This document shows positions 1 through 9,571 of a stretch of DNA of 64,000 nucleotides, one piece after another. The notes beneath the pieces are model-generated. The model did not search any database and had not been told where the DNA came from. It worked only from the letters and a program-made list of their open reading frames with translations. The DNA lies in NCBI GenBank assembly GCA_963726195.1, contig CAVSBO010000003.1, positions 512,001-576,000 on the forward strand. Direction: 5' to 3'. Origin of the DNA: Candidatus Thorarchaeota archaeon. Lineage in GTDB: Archaea > Asgardarchaeota > Thorarchaeia > Thorarchaeales > Thorarchaeaceae. Numbering within the stretch: the first letter of the stretch is position 1; every line of letters begins with the position of its first letter. The position numbers and the translations under genes are program-made.

Positions 1-2
1 TA

Positions 3-1682
3 GAGGAAGCGGCTACTCCAGCCGGTCAGACAGGCCATCCATCTGCTGGCGAGAGTGCAGCTCAGACCGGAGCCGCAAAGTCGGCTGAAGAAAGTGCGAA
101 GGCGCCAGAATACGATATTAAGCTCACTGAGTTGCCAGGAGTTGGCCCAAAGCTTGCCGAGAGATTCAGAGAGGCAGGATATGATTCCGTCGCACGCGTT
201 TCGAGATCCCGTCCCGACGCTCTGGCACGTACTGTCAATGGTCTCAGCAAAGATCGCGCCAAGTCTATTGTCGCCGCTGCCAGGGAGGCTATCACCTCCA
301 GGCAGCTCGCGGAATTAGCAGAAGAGGCTGCGAAGACACCTTCAGAGGCGAAGAAGGTCAAACCCGAAGCTGGAAGCAAGAAACGAGGGAAAGCAGAGAT
401 TCCAGAGGCAGCCATCTCACCCCTGCTGCGAAAAGCAAAATCCAAGCAGCCGATTGAGAGACACCCGAAACCCGTTACCAAAAAGTCAGGGCTCCCTGTT
501 CCTGAGGCAGTCATTGAACTGCGAAAGGAATTGAAGGCGCGTTATCGTGCTGCGGAAAAGGCCGAAGCAGCCGCAGGAGAATCGGAAGCATCTTTCGCTC
601 AAGGCACTGTGCAAGTCGCCAATCTCACATCGGACGAGACCATCGCAAGGTTGGTTGAAGCCGCTTTGGAGGTACTCAATGAGACAATGACCACTGGCCG
701 TCCCTCGTTCGAGATACCGAGCAGGTCCTCTGACAACATTGTCTGGGACGAAATCAAAGACTTGCTGCTTCTTGGCATGCGCACCATATCTCGGCCCTAT
801 CACTCTCTTGCATCAGTTTTGGACGCGACAAGGACTGCCCGAGTCATGGAGATTGTCTACCAGCTTCTGAAATCCGGTCTCCATGCAACGAAAAGGGAAC
901 TCTACTATGCAGATGTCAATCTGTTCAGGGACCAGAGATACAGTGACAAAATCATTGAGGACGTTGCTTCGATGCTGCCGACAACTCGTGACAGCATCCA
1001 CGTTGTGGCAGCCGCAAGAGGCTCTGCAATGGGAAGGATTGTCATTAGAGATGCAGGCGACAGAATAGACCTCACACAAATGGGTACGGGCGGGTGGGCT
1101 ATAACGCCTTTCTTGGACCAGGTCGAAATAGTCGAAAGTGATGCGGAGTTCATTCTTCTTTCGGAAAAGGATGCAGCAGTCATGAGGCTGGCAGAAGCCA
1201 AGTATTGGAACAAGCAGCCCTGCATAGTGATTACTGGGAAGGGATCAGGCGACATAGCCACGAGGGCGTTCCTCAAGACAATGGTGAAGGAGCTTGAAAT
1301 CCCAGCATTCGCTCTGATGGACTCAGACCCCTACGGCCATTATATCTATTCGGTCTTTCTGAGAGGCAGCAAGCGGCTCAGCTATGAATCACCTTTCATA
1401 GCCACGCCGGAGCTCAAACTTCTGGGAGTCCTCAGTAGAGACCTAGATGAATTCAAAGTCCCGAAGAGCGTCCGCATTCCCATGGAGCCTGCTGACATCA
1501 AACGTGTGAAAGAGATGCTTAAGGAGCCGTTCGTGCAGAAGAACGATCCTTGGGTCGAAGACCTGCAGTTGATGCTGAGACTCAAAGAGAAAGCAGAGAT
1601 TCAAGCTTTTGCAAGTCACGGCTTTGAGTATCTGACAGATACTTACATTCCACGGAAACTGGAAACCGGCGACTGGATTTAG
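3..1682 (+). CDS. top6A: DNA topoisomerase VI subunit A (Spo11 family) with an extra N-terminal HhH domain; 5'-truncated by the window edge
   Basis: TKRELYY catalytic Tyr motif, toprim EKDA, GKG and DSDPYG, C-terminal KAEIQA. The frame is open from position 3, so the gene starts upstream. LPGVGPKLAERF HhH motif near the N-terminus. Confidence 0.93.
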   Translation, partial: EEAATPAGQTGHPSAGESAAQTGAAKSAEESAKAPEYDIKLTELPGVGPKLAERFREAGYDSVARVSRSRPDALARTVNGLSKDRAKSIVAAAREAITSRQLAELAEEAAKTPSEAKKVKPEAGSKKRGKAEIPEAAISPLLRKAKSKQPIERHPKPVTKKSGLPVPEAVIELRKELKARYRAAEKAEAAAGESEASFAQGTVQVANLTSDETIARLVEAALEVLNETMTTGRPSFEIPSRSSDNIVWDEIKDLLLLGMRTISRPYHSLASVLDATRTARVMEIVYQLLKSGLHATKRELYYADVNLFRDQRYSDKIIEDVASMLPTTRDSIHVVAAARGSAMGRIVIRDAGDRIDLTQMGTGGWAITPFLDQVEIVESDAEFILLSEKDAAVMRLAEAKYWNKQPCIVITGKGSGDIATRAFLKTMVKELEIPAFALMDSDPYGHYIYSVFLRGSKRLSYESPFIATPELKLLGVLSRDLDEFKVPKSVRIPMEPADIKRVKEMLKEPFVQKNDPWVEDLQLMLRLKEKAEIQAFASHGFEYLTDTYIPRKLETGDWI

Positions 1683-1837
1683 AGCCCCGTCTCTCGAAAC
1701 GTGAAACAAAGCTCACATCGAAGCCTTCGTTAGCACGGTCGAGAATCGTGTTATGTGGCACTAGTCAGCATTTTCATCAGAACCAGAAGTGCCTTCCTTC
1801 CGAACCAACAGCGACACGACTACGGACAGACCCTCTG

Positions 1838-3223
1838 TTAGGCCTTCCTTACCTTTCTATCAAGAGTGGCAAGCTTCCGTGAATCTCCTGCTTCTCGGAA
1901 TTTCTCAGCCGCTTCCTTGTACTTAACCAGAGATTCTCTCGACTGTCCACTTTTCGCAAGTGAGTCGGCCTCTGTCTCCAGCTCCCGTCCCCATGCGGCG
2001 TAAGACTCACGTACTCTCTCGGCGCACCTAGCCCTCTTCTTAGCATCCGTCGAAAACATGTAGAACTCTCGAGCCTTCTTGAACTGGACGATAGCCCATT
2101 CGAACTCACCTGACTTCAGATGGCGTTCACCTTGTATGCAATGAGATTCTGCGAGAGAATCGTAGCCATCATCAGCTCGTCTGGTGCTCTCTTCAACCAT
2201 CTTGCCGTTTCCTGCTTTTTCAAACAGCCTCTTTGCCATCTCGAAAGATTCAATCGCACTCTCGTGTTCATTGTCCTTCAGCTTCGCCATGCCAAACTCA
2301 AGTCTAGCCCTGCCCATCGCATCATAGACATACGGCGGATACTCGAACTCGTCTTGAGTAATGACCGCACCACACTTGGGGCACGAAGGCGTCTCCAGCT
2401 CGGGCATTGAGATCGTAGTTCCAATCTTGGTCGGTTTGCCAACAACCGCGTCGATGAAATCGCGGCTCGTGACTCCCCGGCCTTCTGGGAACAGGTGCGC
2501 GACCGCAGCCTTCGTAGAGACTGTGCTCATTTCTGCTTCTGGATGGTGACGCGCTTCCTCATCACTGACCTCCGGTGCCTCAGATACAACCTTCGGCGGC
2601 GCCACCTCTTGAAACGGATTGCCTTCCTTGACATCGCTGCTTTCAATCTCTTTTGTGACAGGATACTCCCACGTAAGGGTCGTATCCTCTTGAGAGTGGG
2701 GAATCCGTTTTTCTTCCTGCCGCGCTGCTGGCGCTGGAGCAGCGGCTACGGGGGTTGCCTTCTTTCCAGTCGCGACCTGGGCTCCAGAGTCTGGCACTTG
2801 GGCGTCGTCTGAATCCCAATCAGACAGTAGGTTCTCGAACTCCTCGTCATTTGTCAGCTGGTCTGAATCGGCACCAGCAGGGAGTTCTCCAAGGTCCGAT
2901 TCTTCTAATGCCGGGAGAGTAGCTGAATCCTGTTTGCTGGACGATGCGCTCTGTGCCGTTGCCGTCTCCTTGGCCTCGTCCAACATTCCCAGCATCCTGT
3001 CCTCGAGGTTCGACAATGATGTGGGTTTCGTCTCTCCTTTCGAAGTCTGGACCATCTTCGACCTGGTGGTCTCTGTATCCAAGCCGTCCAGGTCTCCTGA
3101 AAGCTTCTGACCGCAACTATAGCAATGCGTAGAACCTTTCCCAAGTTTAGCCCCGCAGCTTGGACACACTACTTGGTCCTGCATCAAGATTCCTCGTCGC
3201 ATGGTCAGTTTGAGCTCTGGCAA
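1838..3223 (-). CDS. Zinc-ribbon / acidic linker / zinc-finger / TPR (SNAP-like helical repeat) protein
   Basis: CPSC..CYSC and CPKC motifs, long D/E-rich spacer, C-terminal helical repeats (AIESFEMAKRLFEKAG, AIVQFKKAREFY, YKEAAEKFREAG). The true start may be ATG 3184. Confidence 0.65.
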   Translation of the reverse strand: MPELKLTMRRGILMQDQVVCPSCGAKLGKGSTHCYSCGQKLSGDLDGLDTETTRSKMVQTSKGETKPTSLSNLEDRMLGMLDEAKETATAQSASSSKQDSATLPALEESDLGELPAGADSDQLTNDEEFENLLSDWDSDDAQVPDSGAQVATGKKATPVAAAPAPAARQEEKRIPHSQEDTTLTWEYPVTKEIESSDVKEGNPFQEVAPPKVVSEAPEVSDEEARHHPEAEMSTVSTKAAVAHLFPEGRGVTSRDFIDAVVGKPTKIGTTISMPELETPSCPKCGAVITQDEFEYPPYVYDAMGRARLEFGMAKLKDNEHESAIESFEMAKRLFEKAGNGKMVEESTRRADDGYDSLAESHCIQGERHLKSGEFEWAIVQFKKAREFYMFSTDAKKRARCAERVRESYAAWGRELETEADSLAKSGQSRESLVKYKEAAEKFREAGDSRKLATLDRKVRKA

Positions 3224-3338
3224 TCACTCCTTTGAAAGGAAGATTGCCAGAATTCGCATATGAATGCTCTTCGTATCTGCATATCAAACAACAGTGCACA
3301 CTTTCATTATGTCGTGATAGACGGAGCCTTGCCACGAC

Positions 3339-3923
3339 CTAGATGCGGTACATCATCCAATATACAGCCAACGTAACTGCGATGCCAATCAGTATGCCAC
3401 CTACCAACTGAGCAAGTGTGTGTTGCCTGAGGATTCTTCTGGCCCACACCACAGCAATCCATAGGATCACGACAGGAAGAGCCGCCATTCCATAAACACA
3501 CATGAGAGCCGTCCCGGGTCCAGCGACTCCTGCAGCATGCACCGATACCTTCGTCCTGAGAGTCGCAGTCATTACGCCGAGGGTAACGCCAAAATAAGCT
3601 GCAGCAAGAACCCTCATGATATCGCACTGGAACAACCAATAGATCTCATACGCAGCAACATAACACAGCAAGGAGAACGCGAAGAATCCAAGTCTCATTT
3701 CCCGAGCAGAAACATCAAGGTCCACCTTTCCCCTGTAAGCCTGAATGACGATGGGCAGGACTGGTGCCGCCACCATCAGAGTAAGGCAGATCATTACGCT
3801 TTCAAGGGGACTAAGAAGCGGACCAAGAGTGATGGGCGGGAAGAATGACATGATTATGCCCACGTAGAGATTGATGAATGGAGCAGGGGTCACTCTTGAT
3901 ATGGCGCGGGCTGCTGAGAACAC
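3339..3923 (-). CDS. PAP2-family membrane phosphatase-like protein
   Basis: Several TM helices; KVSVH and WARRILRQHT motifs resemble PAP2 C2/C3. Confidence 0.65.
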   Translation of the reverse strand: MFSAARAISRVTPAPFINLYVGIIMSFFPPITLGPLLSPLESVMICLTLMVAAPVLPIVIQAYRGKVDLDVSAREMRLGFFAFSLLCYVAAYEIYWLFQCDIMRVLAAAYFGVTLGVMTATLRTKVSVHAAGVAGPGTALMCVYGMAALPVVILWIAVVWARRILRQHTLAQLVGGILIGIAVTLAVYWMMYRI

Positions 3924-4178
3924 GTCGACCCTGAAGTCCTAGTAGCTCGTCGTGGTACCTCAACGTATTTCACCAGACACGACTGCTCTGCGCATTCCTT
4001 CGCGCTTCAATCTTTCCTCAAGGGAGAAGGAATCAGGAGTATTGACTAGGTCTCGATGATGCGCTACCAAGCCAACTCAACTGGCTCTGCTTGTGGATAT
4101 GTGACAAGAAACCTTTTTTTCCTCGAGTTCCCACCCTCGCTGACAAGGAGAAGGCATAAGCTCCTCACGGATGTGCAA

Positions 4179-4490
4179 ATGATGCCCGCAATGCCCAAGC
4201 GTGAAATTTTCGAGAGGATTATCCAGAACATCACCTCTAAGTTCCCGGATGTGTACGCGGCACTCTTCATCAGCCCGGAGGGCTTCACAATTAACACTTG
4301 GGGACTGACTGCGGAACGCTCAGAGGAGGTCTCTGCACTCTTGGGGGCCCTAATTGGGAAGACCAAGGAATTCATCGGGCAGATGTTCAAGGAAGGGCAG
4401 CTTCAATTCATTCAAGTCCAGACATCCTTAGGCGGCGTTCGAATCGCGCCCCAAGAGGAATTCATTCTTGTGACTCTGACCCACACGTAG
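4179..4490 (+). CDS. Roadblock/LC7 (MglB-like) domain protein
   Basis: About 100 aa with the roadblock pattern AALFISPEGFTI..EEVSAL..LQFIQVQTSLGGVRIAP. Confidence 0.75.
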   Translation: MMPAMPKREIFERIIQNITSKFPDVYAALFISPEGFTINTWGLTAERSEEVSALLGALIGKTKEFIGQMFKEGQLQFIQVQTSLGGVRIAPQEEFILVTLTHT

Positions 4491-4567
4491 GCTTCAATCT
4501 GACCTGGTCGCCGCGTGAAGGCGATGGTTAATATGGAAGTCCGCGTCTGTTCGTTTGAGGTCCGGGT

Positions 4568-5497
4568 TTGAGTTCCGAAGCTTTTAGCACTCAATCGTTG
4601 ACCAAGCTTTACGGTCAAACACTTGCCCTCGAGGAAATCAGTGTCCGTGCACCGAAGAAAGCAGTTGGCCTCCTAGGGCCGAATGGCGCAGGAAAGACGA
4701 CTCTGATTCGAATCCTGATGGGCGTCATCCGATTCAATTCAGGCTCCGTGACCGTGCTCGACAAAACGATGCCCGCTTCACTGAACGACATAAGAGACCA
4801 TGTAGGCTACTCGCCAGAGTTCTCACCAATGATTCCTGATATTTCTGCACAGAAGTATGTGACATTCATGGCCAGACTCTCGGGAATGAGTGCAGTTGAA
4901 GCCGCTCAGAGAGCTCACGACACACTACACTACGTTGGGCTAGGCGAAGAGAGGTACAGACATCTTAGCGAGTTCAGCACGGGCATGATGCAGAAATGCA
5001 AGCTGGCAACCGCTCTTGTCCATGATCCGGAGCTCCTAATACTGGATGAGCCGACAGATGGACTCGATCCTGCGGGACGGCATCAAATGCTCGAGCTCAT
5101 TGAGAAACTGTACGTCGAGGAGAAGAAGAGCATAGTCCTGTCATCGCACCTTCTATTTGATGTTCAGCGGGTCTGTGACTGGGTAGTTATACTCGGAAGG
5201 GGTCGCGTTATCGCCAATGGTGATGTCTCAGAGATGCTTACAGATAGCTCAGGGGTACTTAGACTCAAGATTGCCGGAAACCCGGAACTGCTGGTTTCCA
5301 GGCTGAGGTCAAATGGCATGGATGCAACGAGTGACGGGCAATACGTGGACGTCCAGCGAACTGAAAACGTTGAGATCAAGGTCTTGGAACAAATCCAAAA
5401 GGAGCGCTCATTAGGTCTTCGCTATCTTGGACCCAAGACCAGGACACTAGAGGATGTGTTCCTATCACTTGTAGAGGGGAGGAGTGATATGGAATGA
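4568..5497 (+). CDS. ABC transporter ATP-binding protein
   Basis: Walker A GPNGAGKT, signature FSTGM, Walker B LILDEP, H-loop SSH. Confidence 0.95.
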   Translation: MSSEAFSTQSLTKLYGQTLALEEISVRAPKKAVGLLGPNGAGKTTLIRILMGVIRFNSGSVTVLDKTMPASLNDIRDHVGYSPEFSPMIPDISAQKYVTFMARLSGMSAVEAAQRAHDTLHYVGLGEERYRHLSEFSTGMMQKCKLATALVHDPELLILDEPTDGLDPAGRHQMLELIEKLYVEEKKSIVLSSHLLFDVQRVCDWVVILGRGRVIANGDVSEMLTDSSGVLRLKIAGNPELLVSRLRSNGMDATSDGQYVDVQRTENVEIKVLEQIQKERSLGLRYLGPKTRTLEDVFLSLVEGRSDME

Positions 5498-6475
5498 GCA
5501 CAGAAGGCACCGACGAAACTTATGTTAGGAAATTCGGGTTCCGGCCGTTCACTGGTACAAGACTGGGCAGGCTTTACAGAATCATGTCCGTGGCATGGTT
5601 CAACCTCATTGAGACCATTCGTCGGTCAGGATTCACCAAATTCCTGTTGGTCATAATGATTATCAACCTCCTCATGCAGGATGTCGTAATCATAGTTCTG
5701 GTCAAATTCGTTCCGCTTGGATTTCTCGGAGTCACAGTAAACGACCTCTTTCGGGGAACATATATTGATTCGGTATTGGGAATGGTTGCAATCTCTAACC
5801 GGGTAACTACCTTGAACGTGACCTTCATCTCGTCTCTTGGGATAACCTCCGTGGGAACTAGCTTCCTTTGGCTTCTCCTTCTATCCATGGTAGGTGGAGG
5901 CCTGATTGCTGATGACAAGTCTATATCGAACCACAGAGACCTATTTCTCAAGGATAACACGTCTTGAATATGTTCTTGGGAAACTTCTCAGCTTGGTACT
6001 GTTCTCAGCCTTCCTTCTGACATTTCCGGCGATTATTCAATACGTTCTCTTGTGCATGGGCCTAAGCGTTGGCTTTCTGGATAACATAGGACTCCTATTC
6101 TGGGCAATGGGCTTCACACTGTTGGCGGCACTTGCATTGAGCATGGTTATCCTTTCACTGTCCAGCCTCACTAAGAGAAGAAGCCTTGCTTCTCTGACTC
6201 TCTTCATATTCGCCGTAATGATGTCGAGCCTTCCTACAGCGTTTGGACTTTGGTATTTGAGCGAGCCAGTCACGCTTCTAGTCGACTTTGTGGGCTGCAT
6301 AGCCCTGTTTGGTGCCATCATGTTAGGCTATAGCTCTGTCTTGGTCAATGGGTCCCAAGTCTTCTTCTACAACGGCATCGGACTTGAAGCCTCCATGATT
6401 CTCTCCGTCGTTGCACTTATCTTTGTCTTTGGACTGGTTACCCTATTCATGACAATTCTAAGAGGTGACAGGTGA
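5494..6475 (+). CDS. ABC-2 type permease (frameshift near 5920, probable sequencing error)
   Basis: Two overlapping hydrophobic ORFs join as GGLIADDK/LYRTTETYFSRITRLEYVLGK, a typical ABC-2 permease motif. Confidence 0.8.
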
Positions 6476-7419
6476 TGCCCGCAATCCATCTTGAAGAGGT
6501 TTCCAAACGCTATGGTGAGGTAGTTGCTCTGAGTAGGTTCCATATGGCGGCACATGAGAATTCAATCACTGGGTTCGTCGGTCCAAACGGTGCCGGCAAG
6601 TCAACCACGTTGAGAATCATCACAGGGCTAACACGTCCCGACAGTGGGACAGCAACAGTTTTTGGCGAGAACCCATATGATAACGTGTCTGTCAAGAGTC
6701 GACTAGGATTCGTTTCGGAACACGATGACCTCTATTCGTGGGCAAGCGTCCGCTCGTCTGTGAAACAACTTGCTCGAATCAATCTTCCCTGGCCTTCGAA
6801 CATCGATTCTGCTGTCGACAAGGCAATCGAGGACGCGGGCATGACCAAGTTTTCCAAAAGGAAGATTTCCACTCTCTCCAAGGGAATGAAACAGAGGACG
6901 AAGATTGCTGCCGCCCTCGCCCACAGACCCGACCTCCTTGTTTTGGACGAGCCTCTGAGCGGCCTCGATCCATTAGGGCGCAGACATATCATCGACCTTC
7001 TAAGAAGTCTCAACAAGAATCAAGGTGTCACGATACTGATTTCGAGTCACATACTTGAGGAACTGGAACAAATCGCTGATAGGGTAACCCTCATTCATCG
7101 TGGACAGACTGTCGCAGAAGGCGACCCTGAAGGAATCAGAAGACTTCTCTATCAGTTTCCGCATGAAGTCATGTTTCAGTCAAGACCGGAAGACGCGAAA
7201 GCATTGGCCAGCGGTCTCGTCGAGCTCCAGGAGATTGTCCGAACAATCAGCTTTGCTCAGACAGACAACGGTCTAACAGAATGTAGAGTTGTGACACCCA
7301 AGCCAGAGCAATTCTGCGATGAGCTTGTCAGAATCGCAGTTGAGAAACACGCCCCTGTTTTGCACCTCGATACGCTATCAGAGAGCATCGAGAAGCTTTT
7401 CGAGTACCTAATTTCGTGA
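6472..7419 (+). CDS. ABC transporter ATP-binding protein
   Basis: GPNGAGKST, LSKGM, LVLDEP, SSH. Confidence 0.95.
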   Translation: MMPAIHLEEVSKRYGEVVALSRFHMAAHENSITGFVGPNGAGKSTTLRIITGLTRPDSGTATVFGENPYDNVSVKSRLGFVSEHDDLYSWASVRSSVKQLARINLPWPSNIDSAVDKAIEDAGMTKFSKRKISTLSKGMKQRTKIAAALAHRPDLLVLDEPLSGLDPLGRRHIIDLLRSLNKNQGVTILISSHILEELEQIADRVTLIHRGQTVAEGDPEGIRRLLYQFPHEVMFQSRPEDAKALASGLVELQEIVRTISFAQTDNGLTECRVVTPKPEQFCDELVRIAVEKHAPVLHLDTLSESIEKLFEYLIS

Positions 7420-7430
7420 GATGGTCAGCC

Positions 7431-8234
7431 ATGGAGAGACAAATCCCATCGTCTGGAACTGCAGAGAAGACTGAAACCGCGAACCCGGTTATAGGAGTCA
7501 TTGAAAGAGGGCTTGCCCTCCTCACTTTATTTGTCACTGGTTTTCTAAAGGATAGAAAGGGCCAGCTCCTTGTCTTCTTGGGCCTATTGCCAGTGGTCCT
7601 TGTCGTTGTCACAAATGTCGTGCCGAGCCTGTCCTACCCAGCGGGACTGCTGTACTTAGACATTATCCGCCTCGTGTACGCAACCTTGTTGGTACCGTTG
7701 TTTGGGCTATTGCTTGGCACTGCGGCGGTGAACGAGGAAATAGAATCGCATACCATCATGCAGTTAGTTTCTAGGCCTGTGAGGCGCGTCGAAATAGTGT
7801 TCTGGCGGTATATATCCACAATAGTCGCAAGCGCCTTCGCCGCGTTTCTTGCCACTGGTGTTATGTACATCTGGTTCGATATTGTCGCAGGTATCGATAT
7901 CGGGCTACTGGTGGGTTCGTGGACTTTCTTGACCGTCTGCAGTTCTGTTTACTGTGGAATTTTCATGTTGCTCGGCATCGCATTAGCAAAGCCATTGTTC
8001 TGGGGAGTGCTGGTGGTACTCTATGAAGAGCTCCTAGGCGCAATCTTCTCATTCATCGGCGGTCTCCCGTACTCTCTCTCTGCTCACATGAGCAACATGG
8101 GAAACATCTTCCTCCCGTTCAACTATCATATTTCTGGCTGGGACCCGGCATCATCGGTTGTCGTCCTAGTTGTCATTCTTGTAGGATCCCTCGTGATAGC
8201 GGCATTCCTGTTTCACCGTAAGGACCTATCATAA
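7431..8234 (+). CDS. ABC-2 type permease
   Basis: About 6 TM helices, EEIESHTIMQLVSRPVRR motif, ends FHRKDLS. Confidence 0.85.
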   Translation: MERQIPSSGTAEKTETANPVIGVIERGLALLTLFVTGFLKDRKGQLLVFLGLLPVVLVVVTNVVPSLSYPAGLLYLDIIRLVYATLLVPLFGLLLGTAAVNEEIESHTIMQLVSRPVRRVEIVFWRYISTIVASAFAAFLATGVMYIWFDIVAGIDIGLLVGSWTFLTVCSSVYCGIFMLLGIALAKPLFWGVLVVLYEELLGAIFSFIGGLPYSLSAHMSNMGNIFLPFNYHISGWDPASSVVVLVVILVGSLVIAAFLFHRKDLS

Positions 8235-8471
8235 ACGAAGCTCATCGCGATGTACAGAGAGAGGAACCAGATTTCGTGGCAAGTCAATATAAGCCAGCGA
8301 TCTCGTACGGTCGACAAATTCTGGAGCACAATCAAACAAGATTGACAATTGGTTGACCGGAGCGCACCGTGTCTTAGTGCTGTTTTTATATCGGTCAGAG
8401 CGACAGAATCATAACCATATCCTTGATTTACTCGCGCGAGGATACCCAAGCACCTGAGGGAGGCAATCAAA

Positions 8472-9521
8472 ATCCCAAAAGATAAGGACTCTGAAGATAA
8501 CGCGGACGCAGACTACGAGCAATTCGAAGGCGAAGCTCCAACAAAGGAAGCTGTCGGGCAACCAGACAGCGGGGCAAGCGTCACTGGTCTCGACATGACT
8601 GACCTTCCGGGTGTCGGCCCGGCCATTGCTAAACGCCTCTTGGAAGCGGGCTACAGAAGCGTCGAGGCCATTGCAGTAGCATCTCCTCCCGAACTCGCCG
8701 CAGCAGGCTCGATAGGCGAAACCACCGCGACAAAGATAATCAAGGCGGCAAGAGAGATGCTGGACATCGGGTTCGAGACCGCCGACTTGTGTCTAGAACG
8801 CCGAAAAAACGCAGGCCGAATCACAACCGGGTCAAAAGCACTTGACGACTTGCTGGGTGGAGGTATAGAGACCCAAGGCATCACTGAAATGTATGGCTCG
8901 TTTCGATCCGGAAAGACACAGATTGCTCACCAGCTCTCGGTGAACATTCAGCTTCCCCCCGACAAGGGAGGGTTGGGTGGAACTGCAATCTACATTGACA
9001 CAGAAGGTACATTCAGACCTGAACGTCTTGTCGACATGGCAGAAGCTCTGGGCCTAAACATAGAAACAGTCCTGAAGAATGTGGTATGGGCACGGGCTTA
9101 CAACTCCGACCATCAGATACTGCTATGTGATCAAGCCATGGAAATGGCTCAGGAAAAAAACGCAAAGCTCCTGGTGTTGGATTCAGTAACGAGCCACTTC
9201 AGGGCAGAGTATACGGGAAGAGGTACCCTCGCCCCGAGACAGCAGAAACTGAACAAGCATCTCCACCATCTGCAGAGAGGTGCGGAAATCAACAATATGG
9301 CAGTGTACATCACGAATCAGGTGATGTCGCGTCCAGATGCATTCTTTGGGGACCCGACCGCGCCCGTCGGTGGTCACGTCTTGGCACATGTCCCGCAAGT
9401 GCGCTGTTACATACGGAAGTCTAAGGGTGAACGAAGAATCTCCCGCCTAGTTGACTCGCCAAACCTGCCCGAAGGCGAAGCTGTCTTCACTGTTGTGAAA
9501 GATGGCATCAGAAACGTCTAG
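8472..9521 (+). CDS. radA: DNA repair/recombination protein RadA (first ATG at 8595; open acidic extension from ATC 8472)
   Basis: N-terminal HhH, Walker [50 protein letters not shown]. Confidence 0.97.
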   Translation: MPKDKDSEDNADADYEQFEGEAPTKEAVGQPDSGASVTGLDMTDLPGVGPAIAKRLLEAGYRSVEAIAVASPPELAAAGSIGETTATKIIKAAREMLDIGFETADLCLERRKNAGRITTGSKALDDLLGGGIETQGITEMYGSFRSGKTQIAHQLSVNIQLPPDKGGLGGTAIYIDTEGTFRPERLVDMAEALGLNIETVLKNVVWARAYNSDHQILLCDQAMEMAQEKNAKLLVLDSVTSHFRAEYTGRGTLAPRQQKLNKHLHHLQRGAEINNMAVYITNQVMSRPDAFFGDPTAPVGGHVLAHVPQVRCYIRKSKGERRISRLVDSPNLPEGEAVFTVVKDGIRNV

Positions 9522-9571
9522 CCCATCGTGAACTCGCCGCCGCTACCAGTGTATCACCACGCTGATTCCGT

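Noticed and set aside
3924-3960. Genome-wide TAG recoding (pyrrolysine), suggested by in-frame TAGs upstream of the PAP2 and ferredoxin genes
   Set aside because: TAG terminates conserved genes (top6A, radA, pheT) at their expected C-termini, and no pyl genes are seen.
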